Origin: Gekko japonicus
Taxonomy: Eukaryota
Assembly: GCF_001447785.1 (NCBI RefSeq)
Contig: NW_015171584.1
Span: forward strand, 152,051-216,050
Direction of reading: 5' to 3'
Length of the DNA stretch: 64,000 nucleotides
This document shows, piece by piece, positions 13,601-23,195 of the stretch. Position 1 is the stretch's first letter; each line of letters starts with the position of its first letter. The translations under genes were made by a program, and so were the position numbers. The notes under the pieces were generated by a model that had not been told where the DNA came from, searched no databases, and worked only from the letters and a program-made list of their open reading frames with translations.

Positions 13601-14304
13601 ATACTGTAATTGCTGTTTATGAAAGAGTTGTTTTAAGTTATGCATTCTATCCAACCAGCTTGTCCCATGATGGAAAAAGGAGATCAACACACACACACAT
13701 GGCTATGTGTAGACTTGCATAGATATTTCTAGATTGACTGATTTATTCAGTTGATAGTCTCCATTTCCTGATGAAAGACTAGGCAGATTACAAAATTTAA
13801 CAATGCAAAAGAACCAGTATAAGACATGTAATAAACATGGGTATAAGGGTGGATTACAAAGTTAGAAAACAATGCCATTATTGACTTTGGATGCCCTGTG
13901 GATGGTGACATTGCCAGGGCACTCTTAATTAATTGCTTCCCAATGTAAGTATGCACTTCTGCCTAGCTGCATTGAGGCTGGCCCTGCATTCTATTCATAG
14001 ATGGGTACAGAAGAGAAAATTGGGCAAAAGGGCAGGTCCAATAGATATCTTAAAACATTGTCATTGATGTGGATTCACTTATATTACTACACTTCTATGT
14101 AACTGTGACAACCAAATGATATTGTGGTCAGTCTACTATTCTATCTCCATTTTCAAGCAATCACATTATGCACAGAGATATGCCTAAGCAGTCATTCATC
14201 ATCAGTGCCTCATTATACAGAGTTACTCTAGACTGAGTCCATTGAAGTCAAAGGTCTTGGACTAGCGTCTCTGCATAGAACTGCAGTGTTATACAATTTT
14301 CACT

Positions 14305-15282
14305 TTAAAATGGATGTGGGAAATGCCACGCTGTCAGATACCCTGAAAAAGTTCTCAACTTCCTTCTCAAGGCTTCTTTCACTTCCATGTTTCGTAGGCT
14401 GTATATGAGGGGATTGACCATGGGGGTCAACACTGTGTAGAAGAGAGAGAAGACCTTCTTTGCTTCCCTTAGGTTTTTGGATCTTGGTAGCAGATAGACA
14501 AGCATCAATGTTCCATAATATAAGGCAACCACTGTGAGGTGAGAGGAGCAGGTGGAGAAAGCCTTTTGCCTCCCAGTGGTGGATGGAATCCTGAGGATAG
14601 AAACTATGATGGAAATGTAAGATGACAGGGTGAGTAGAAAGGGAGGCAGAGTGAACACACAAGTAAATATGAATGCTGACAGTTCAAATGAAGTTGTGTC
14701 GCTACATGAGAGATACCTTATGTCAGGAATAACATCACAAAAATAGTGATCAATCACATTGGGGCCACAGAAGGATAGCCATGATATTTTCAAAGTCAAA
14801 CTTGTGCTAACCAAAAGTCCACTCACCCAAGACACAGCTGCTAGTTGGAAACTCAACCTACTATTCATTAGAACTGCATAATGAAGTGGTTTACAGATTG
14901 CTAAATACCTGTCATAAGACATCATGGAGAGAAGGTAGCATTCAGTCCCTCCCAGGCAAGCAAAGATGAAAAATTGTACGAAACAAGAGCTGAAAGATAT
15001 TTTTTTTTCCCCAGTCAAAAGGCTTGACAACATCGTAGGCAGGACTGTGGAGCTACATAAGGATTCCAAGAAGGACAGATTTCCCAAGAAGAAGTACATG
15101 GGGGTATGAAGGTGTCGATCAGCCGCAACTAACACAATAATGAGAATATTAGTCGCCATAGTTACCAAGTAGATCAGTAAGAATAGCAGGAAGAGAGGAA
15201 TCTGCAGCTTTGGAAGATCTCCAAATCCCAAGAGTATGAATTCGGAAACAGTTGTATGGTTTGGCTGTACATTCTTGGCCAT
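14305..15282 (-). CDS. Olfactory receptor, class II, intact, ~325 aa (OR-B; paralog of OR-A and OR-C)
   Basis: All canonical OR motifs present. ATG at 15282 (MAKNVQPNHT) follows the acceptor ttttttctAG. Confidence 0.96.
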   Translation of the reverse strand: MAKNVQPNHTTVSEFILLGFGDLPKLQIPLFLLFLLIYLVTMATNILIIVLVAADRHLHTPMYFFLGNLSFLESLCSSTVLPTMLSSLLTGEKKISFSSCFVQFFIFACLGGTECYLLSMMSYDRYLAICKPLHYAVLMNSRLSFQLAAVSWVSGLLVSTSLTLKISWLSFCGPNVIDHYFCDVIPDIRYLSCSDTTSFELSAFIFTCVFTLPPFLLTLSSYISIIVSILRIPSTTGRQKAFSTCSSHLTVVALYYGTLMLVYLLPRSKNLREAKKVFSLFYTVLTPMVNPLIYSLRNMEVKEALRRKLRTFSGYLTAWHFPHPF

Positions 15283-16119
15283 GTGTCCATCTAGAAAAAA
15301 GTCAAACTGAATTTGTAACAACTGGGGTAAGAATGGAGGTGCCTTACGTGCAGGAGTCTGAGACTGGTGTTGCCTAATGTTGTGAGAACGAAATTACTTC
15401 TTTGCCCAAAGTCCCTTTCCATCAGCAAAGAATGAAAAGGGGGGGGGAAGTACTTTGAATTTTGTTCAGTTGCAAAAAAAAAAAAAGCATGGAGGCGAGG
15501 AGGAAATGCTGACATGTTATTCTCCTGCTCAAACAAGCAGCAACAACCCTGAATCTGTTACTGGATCTATTGCACCGCTCATTTCCCAATCTCTGGGAGT
15601 TCCCAAAGATAACAAAGATACAGCCAGTGTTTTTTTTATTCCACTATTTTGCCCAAATTTCTTTATCACAATAGTCCCTATCTCATCCCTGATCCCAAGA
15701 TTGACCTCATAGCCTTTTTTGGTGATGCCTCTTTCCTTTTTCTGCAGTGGAACAGCTGGCCACACAACAGCTTGATCACTTCTTCCCTTTTTATTGCTGG
15801 ATGACTGAACAACAGATTATTTTCCCAAATATGACAAAGTCTGCCATTCAATAACACTTGGTTCTCTGTTGGATATTTGTTTATATTCTTCACAAAGCAA
15901 GAAGATCTCCCTTGATGTTTCTTATAATTAATGTTGTAATATGTGGAGAAGGGGGAATCACATAGCACAAATGTGTGTTTTTCCCCCAAAGGGAATTTAA
16001 GTCACCATCTACCCAGTTCCCTTGGGCTAGCTGTGTCCATTTATTGCAACAAAAATATTCAACAAAAGTCATGTCACACCTTAAAGACATAAACGTTTTT
16101 AATCTGATCTTTTGGGAAC

Positions 16120-16420
16120 TCGAGCCAGTTTGGTGTAGTGGTTAAGTGTGCAGACTTCTGGGAGAACCGGGTTTGATTCCTCCACTTGCACCTGCTGGAT
16201 GACCTTGGGCAAGCCATAGTTCTGGCACAGCTGTTCTTGAAAAAGAGCAGTTTCTGTCAGAGCTCTCTCAGCCCCATGTACCTCATAGGGTGTCTGTTGT
16301 GGGGAGGGGAAGAGGAAGGAGATTGTAAGCCGCTCTGAGACTCCTGTAGTAAAGGGCGCGGTATAAATCCAATCTCTTCTCTTCTCTTCTCTTCTCTTCT
16401 CTTCTCTTCTCTTCTCTTCT
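16120..16420 (+). mobile_element. tRNA-derived SINE (Squam3-like) with (CTTCT)n tail
   Basis: GAGCCAGTTTGGTGTAGTGGTTAAG head; GGGTTTGATTCC B-box; multi-copy in the window. Confidence 0.88.
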
Positions 16421-17190
16421 AGAGTCCACTTCTACAAAAGTTTACAGTAGAATAAAAATGTGTCATTCTTTAAGCTGTCATGAGACTATTTTAATGTGTC
16501 CAAACAAGGTACATATGCCAGGATAGGCTAATTCACTTCAGTGGAGCTATTCTGAACTGAATGGTAATGGCAACTGGAAAGTCTTAGAACTGTTGAACTG
16601 AAGCCCTTGAATATCATCATATTAGTTGTTGGGATTCATGATGCCTTGACACGGAAATAAGGAACCAGACACCGGAGTCAACGTAAGTTCGGAAACAAAC
16701 ACCTGTCGACCCTCTCTCTCTCCTCCTCGGTGTTTACTTGTTTCCTCTTTTTATTTCCTCACACGCATTTATCACAGTGATTTAAACACCCTGTGCTCAC
16801 ACGCAATTAGTTTCCTCGATACAGGTGGCCATTTTCCCCTTCTCCCAACCCCTTGTGGTCATTTGGCTAATTCGGTGCTGCGTAACTCAGTGAGGCTTGT
16901 GGTGCACTTCGGAAGAGTCTGCCTCGCCCGGCTCCTTGATATCGCCCCCGGTATCTTCGCAGCTCCATGGTAAAGCTTCCCGGTTCTTGCGCCTGGCATG
17001 CCCCCTCCTTTCTCCCGGCTCTGTAACAGGGATGTCTTCGTACCCCAGGAGGTGTCCCTTGTTCTGTCCCGTCTGGGATGTCCCAGGGATCAGCGCGGGA
17101 CGCGCCGGTCCCGCCGCAGCGGCCGATACGGCCGCGGAAGAACCGTAGGGATTGGGGAATGGAACAAGAGAATTCCCCCCATCTATGCCT

Positions 17191-17838
17191 TTATTCCATG
17201 TTAAGGTCTCGTGAGTGATATTTAATCTTTGGGGGTTCTACTCTATTGTATTTGCATGCATTAACTGCTTGCCAGCATGCTCTATTATTGTTGGATTTTA
17301 AGGCTAATAGTAGATTGGCCCACTTCCTCTGATAAAATAGTTGCTTTTTATTTTGTGTAAGCTCTTGATAGAGATTTCTTTGAGTATGAAAAGTGATAAA
17401 ATTCCCTAGGTCGTTAGAGGAACGGAATTCACTGTATGCTGCTCTTACTGCTCTTTTGGCCTGCAAACAATCTATGTCAAACCAGGACAAAAAATGATAC
17501 ATCTTCGGCAAGATGGGTTTGGCTAGAGAGCCTATTAAATCAATTATTTGATCAAAAAGGAGGATAGAGTCATTTGGGGATGTTGCGGATGCATTTGTTC
17601 TCCCTTTACCCTTCTCTTTGTTGACAATTTTGCAATTGGCTCTAGAATAGAAAGTGATCACTTACCCTTAGAACTCTCTTTAAGTGGTAACAAAGATCCA
17701 AGCCTGAACAACTTCATGGTCCCACAGCCTAACTCTCATTCTGTGTTGAGGAAAATAAGATGATCCCCTAATGTGGAGGAGAATCTAACCGCTCTACTTG
17801 CTTCTAATGCTGCAGTTAACTTGAAATTGTTATTAACA
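17191..17838. mobile_element. Two oppositely oriented fragments of an RTE-X-like LINE ORF2
   Basis: Plus strand: APE endonuclease end (IGSRIESDHLPL). Minus strand: linker (SWFDIDC...RACW). Confidence 0.7.
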
Positions 17839-18036
17839 TCCGCAAAGTCCCGCCCCTCAAAGTTCCTTCTCTCACACACACACCCCTCAGTGACCAAGTC
17901 TCAAGCCACCTTCTGGAATGGGGAGCTGGCAAAGTCCCCCAGGCATGAGCCGTGGGTCTTCTCCCTTTCTCCACCCTACCTCCCTGGGTTGGTGAAGTCC
18001 CTCACCTCAGAGGTCCTTCTCTCTCTCTTGCCCCTC

Positions 18037-18420
18037 GGTGAGCAGCCCTGGCGACCCAGTGAGCACAACATCGAGCGACGGAGTCCGGCAAAGGCAGAGT
18101 CGTGGCAGCGCGGCAGAGCCAGCAGGACGTGAGCCGGAGCTGCAGCTGGCGCGGAGCCGCGCACCAGGATGGGCCTGCCAGAAGAAGCTGCTGGACTGAA
18201 AAAGACCTGTTCCAAGGCGCCAGGAGGTGGAACGCCAACACCCAAAACCCGCTTGAAGGAGCCAGATAACAACAAGCCCTGCTGCCTGGGAGCCGGTAGG
18301 CAGTCACTTCCCTATATAATGTGGCCCTAGATAGGAAATTGAAATTGGATGTAAACCGTTCAGAGACCCTTCAGGGTTAGGGCGGTATATAAACTGAATG
18401 TTAAATAAATAAATAAATAA
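18037..18420 (+). mobile_element. Chimeric SINE-like element, 5'-truncated
   Basis: Shares GCGGCAGAGCCAG(C/A)AGGACGTG with ~56897 and TTCCCTATA..ATGTGGCCCTAGA with ~37462; L2-type tail and (TAAA)n. Confidence 0.65.
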
Positions 18421-20544
18421 ACCTTCTTCTGAGGCGGGGAGCTGGCAAAGTCTCCTGGGCATGGATTGTGGGCCTTCTGCCCTTTTGCACCCTGCCTCCC
18501 TGGGTTGGTGAAGTCTCTCCCCTCAGACTTCCTTCTCTCTCTCTCACCCCTCAGCAACCAAGTCTCAAACCACCTTCTGGTGTGGGGAACTGGCAGAGTC
18601 CCCTGGAGCGGCAGGTGCCGGGGGAGTGAATACACCACCACCCCGCATCCCCAGGCTCCGTCCTCCTCTCGGCCAGCTGCTCCTCTCCACCTACCTTTGC
18701 TTTCCATGTTCCTCTCTGGAGCTGCCTGAAGCCGAGGTTCCCGCTGGACTGCCAGAGCCTGAAGGGCAGCAAGGCTCCGAAGGGGGAAGCGGAGGGACGG
18801 GGTGAGACGGACGAGGCTTTCCCAGCAAGAAGTGTCCAGAGGTGGAGCTGCCCAAGTCCCGGCTGGGAGCGACCCTGCTCAGCTTCGGAAGAGGGCAGGG
18901 CAGGGCAGGGCAGGGCAGGGCTTGGCTGGCTTTGCTAAAAAGACTGGGGGAGCAAGACACCACTGCCCCCAAGAGAGGAAGCCTCTGGCCAGTCCCGCAG
19001 GGGGAGCCAGCCTCCCCTCCTCTGCCCCACCAGCTGGGGCACCTCAACTCCTCCCACTCACTCCAGCAAGTGCAGTCCTTGGTTCTCTGTCCCTTTCGAT
19101 GGCTGCTAGCTTGGAGAAATAAAGATCTGTGGGGAGGGGGGGGGGCGCCACAAGCTAGCCTCACCTAGTGCACAAAAAAACTTTGGGCCGGCCCTGCCTG
19201 CAGCAGCCATCTTCTCACATTTCTGTCACTTGTGGCAGCCATTTTGTACTTGTATCCAACACCCTTTATCAAAATTCCAAAGTTGCCCAGGTGCTCAAAA
19301 AGGCTGAGAACCCCTGAGATAGATGAACCATGGGTTGGATTCTGCCAGCATTTCTGCTTGTGAGAAAGGAAGGGAAGGTCCCCTTTTACCACTATAAAAA
19401 TTGTGCACGTGGAGGATTGGGCACGTGTGTACAAAAGTCATGTGAGATAGACATGAAAATAAGGAGGAGAACTGGGCAAAGTTGACTACAAAAACTGCCT
19501 TGATCCAACTGTGTGTAATTCCACTGTTCTGGCAGCTACTTATATTGTTGATTTGTTTCCATGAAAAATTTGAAACGGTCCTTTTAGGTCTAAAACAGGG
19601 GATCTGAGGGACCACCTCCCTTATGAGCCTAGCCCAAGTTGAAGTACTGGTCCCCTGCTATGCATGCAAATATTAACATGGGTGAGACTAGCAGGCAGTG
19701 GACTATGCAGCTGGTGGACTATGGAGTTCCTTGCCTCATGAGGCTGATCATTCAACCATTGCTCTGGCCTTCTGGAGACACATAGCAACTACTTTTTTTC
19801 TGGAGGTTGTCCGATGTTTATCCCTTCTGCTGTGATCCTTTTAAAACCAATGTACTGGGTTTTGTTGGACTACTTTTTTACAATGCCTAATTGCTGTTTT
19901 CACAAATGTTTCTGTGCTCGGCTTCCTTTATGCTAGTTTCATTTCATTTTGTTTGTTTCATTTTCATTTGTAGAAAATCTTGAATACTAGTTTACTGTGC
20001 AATCCTAAGTAGAGTTACACCATCTAAGTCAATTCAAGGCAATGGCCTAAGAAGGGATTAACTAGAATCGTACCATTAGTGACAGAAAGGTGCGGTTGAA
20101 TTTTTCTGAATAAATAAATGTTAGGACAAAATCTGAAAACTGGATATTCCCAGAACAGAACATGCTAAACCACACATAGACATTCCCAATGGCAGTTAGG
20201 AGTTTGAGTGTTGGCTTGTAAAATGCAAGGTGAAATTTACTAGCGGCTGTAAGTATACTGCTAGTGTTCTCTCTGAGTTGGATCCAATGTCTACCTTCCT
20301 TTCAGTTAAGAAGTTTCCAGCAGAAGCAGCATTTCTCTGAGAGAAGGAGACTCCCTCTTTTTGGAGAAGTTCCTTCACCTATGGGTTCCAACCCCCATAA
20401 GAAAGTTGATGTGAGAGAATCGAAGTAGAAAGATTATCTTAGGTAAAGGTGACTTTTGATTACACAACATTTTAATGTAAGTTTTTTATTTTTTAAATTC
20501 CCATTATATTTTTGCCTCAAGGGCTCAAAGTAGCATGTGAAAGG

Positions 20545-20853
20545 TAGAAGAAGAAGAGAAGAAAAAGATATTGAATTTATACCCACCCTTCAATACCCAG
20601 AGGAGTCTCAGAGCAGCTTACAAACTCCTTTCCCTTCCCCTCCCCACAACAGACACCCTGTGAGGTAGGTGGGGCTGAGAGAGTTTGGACAGAAACTGCT
20701 CTTTTTTCTAGAACAGCTGTGCCAGAACTATGGCTTGCCCAAGGTCATCCAGTAGGTACAAGTGGAGGAGTGGGGAATCAAACCTGGTTCTCCCAGATTA
20801 GAGTCCATGCACTTAACCACTACACCAAAACTGGCTCTCCTACACCAAACTGG
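20545..20853 (-). mobile_element. tRNA-derived SINE (Squam3-like)
   Basis: Reverse complement of the same family; short duplication of the head. Confidence 0.88.
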
Positions 20854-21887
20854 CATCACAAACCATCATTACGATAACAAACAGTTGAGGTGCTATGAAT
20901 TATTGTAAAAACGATGCAATCCCCCCCCCTAGAACCTAATCATAAAACTAGTAAAGACCAAGATACATAAAACATAAATCTGTCTCTAACAATGCCAACA
21001 GGAGAACTTTCTGCCATTGGAAGTAGTTTCCTTGTAAGAAGTCTTTGTGAGAAGTTCCATGTAAAAAGTTCCACTAGTGGAAATCTCACTTCACTGATGG
21101 AAAACTCCTTATGCTGACACTGACAAAAAGTTTATCCATCAGCTAAGCAGAGTCAATCAACAAAGTTCATGGGATGAGACTAAGATCTTTTCTAAACACT
21201 TTTACAGGTTTCAGAATTTAGAGGGCTTGTTCTCCCCAGTCTCAGAATTCAGTTTGGCAGAGAGTATTCCAAAGACCAATCTAAAATGTATTACTTAAAA
21301 AACATACCAAAATACCATCCCCAATCTAAAGAGATGAAAAATCAGTTTATACAATCAGTTTATACAATCATATAATGTGTATGGGGCTGCATCAATTCAG
21401 GATACAGATGAAGGACTGGTTCATCATTATTCTTGAATGTTCCACCCAGATATGTTTCTACCATGATTCTAGATCACAATGAATACTTCTATTTTGATGT
21501 GTTTACCTATGAAGAGGTTTGAAGGAAGACAGAGTGGGGTTGAAATGGAGAAGATGCCCCCAAATACAGTAAAGCTTATGGATTTTGCATATGTTCCTGT
21601 GAGGCCCAAATTCCCCCATTCACCACAACCAACAGTTACTAATGTGGAAGCCAAACATCAGAAAAACAAAACAGATAGAATCCTACCACTTTTTTTTTCT
21701 GCTTGATCTCACTTGACTCCCTTCCTCACTGCAGTTCCTGTCCTGCACAACTTTTGCACATGTAGGATCCACAGTTCCCATCATGTGACCTTGAAAATGG
21801 TCAAAAGGGGGCCGGTAATCACTCTTTCACAGATTAACAAACTAGCAGGATCCAACTAATGAGGTAGGCCATAACTAGTGCACTGAT

Positions 21888-23195
21888 TTAATGTGGATTG
21901 CCCTCTTTCAGTTTCAAAAAGCCAACTTTTTGAATGCTCATGAAGAACAGTAATTTCCTGAAAACTTTGTTAACAGCTATCTTCACTTCTTTGTTTCTCA
22001 GGCTGTATATGAGGGGGTTAAGCATTGGAGTCAGGATAGTATAGGAAATAGAAAAGGTTTTCTTGATATGTCTTAGGTTTCTGGACCTTGGTAGCAGATA
22101 GACAAGCATCAAGGTTCCATAATACAAGGCAACAACAGAAAGATGAGAAGAACAAGTGGAGAAGGCCTTTTGCCTCCCAGTGGTGGAGGGAATTCTGAGG
22201 ATAGCGAGTATAATGAAACCATAAGATGATATGGTGAGGACAAAGGGAGGGAGCGTGAAAATGCAAGCAAATACAAAGGACGAGAGTTCAACTAAATATG
22301 TGCTACTGCATGAGATATATCTTATGTCAGGAACAACGTCACAAAAAAAGTGATCAATTTCATTAGGGCCACAGAATGATAATTGTGATATATTCAAAGT
22401 CAAGCTTGTGCTGACCAAAATTCCACTGACCCAAGACACAACTGCTAGCTGGAAGCTCAACCTCGCATTCATGATAGTAGCATAATGGAGTGGTTTACAT
22501 ATTGCCAAATACCCAGGGGTCTTGTTGTAGAAAAAGAGCTGCCGGAGCTCATTAGCATAACTCATTAGCATAACTTATTTGCATATGCCACGCCCCCTGA
22601 CATCACCGGAAGTGACAGAAGGCCACACCCCCTGACATCACCGGAAGTGTGTCAGAAGGCCTGGCTACTTACCCTCCTGCTTCATCCTCATTCCCAAACG
22701 GAATGAGGATCAAAGCAGAGGGCGGGGTAAAGAAGGGGGCGGGGCTTCACCACGTGACAGCCCCGCCCCCTAGAGGTTCTCTTCCGGAGCTCCGTACCTG
22801 AGAGCTCCCCCCCGACTAGAGCCCTGCAAATACCTGTCACACAACATCATGGAGAGGAGGTAGCATTCAGTACCTCCAAGGCAAGCATAGATGAAAAATT
22901 GTATGAGGCAGGCTTTGACAGATATACTCCTTTCCCCTGTCAAGAGGCTTGACAAGATCTTAGGCACAATGGTAGAGCTGCAGCAGATTTCCAGGAAGGA
23001 GAGATTTCCCAGGAAGAAGTACATAGGGGTGTGGAGGTGTTTATCAGTCACAACTAGCACGACAATGAGGAGGTTTCCAGCCATGGTTATCAGGTAGATC
23101 ACAAAGAACAGCAGGAAGAGAAGAACTTGCAAATTTGGGAGATCTCCAAATCCAAGGAGTATGAATTCAGAAACAGCTGATTGATTCTGCCACAT
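21888..23195 (-). pseudogene. Olfactory receptor pseudogene (OR-C) interrupted just after the DRY motif by a hAT MITE
   Basis: ORFs 22770-23216 (N-half) and 21888-22571 (C-half) are in the same frame. Removing 22514-22826 plus one TSD copy (321 bp) restores a ~328-aa OR. The insert carries an in-frame TAG at 22770-22772. MSYDRY has become MLCDRY. Confidence 0.93.
22514..22826. mobile_element. Non-autonomous hAT element (MITE), 313 bp, inserted in OR-C
   Basis: CAGGG...CCCTG termini; perfect 8-bp TSD CAAATACC at 22506-22513 and 22827-22834. Confidence 0.92.

Noticed and set aside
16120-16190. tRNA genes
   Set aside because: A/B boxes belong to SINE heads; no complete cloverleaf seen.
20466-20480. 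H/P-element-like 13-mer (AACTTTTTAATGA)
   Set aside because: Only an imperfect match (AACATTTTAATGT) in AT-rich DNA; expected by chance.
22521-22833. Splicing-out of the hAT MITE to rescue OR-C (donors CAG|GTATTT at 22833 and CAG|GTACGG at 22797; acceptor ctttttctacaacaAG at 22521)
   Set aside because: The introns would be 313 and 277 nt. Neither is a multiple of 3, so both give frameshifts. The strong GTAAGT donor at 22672 lies after the in-frame stop.
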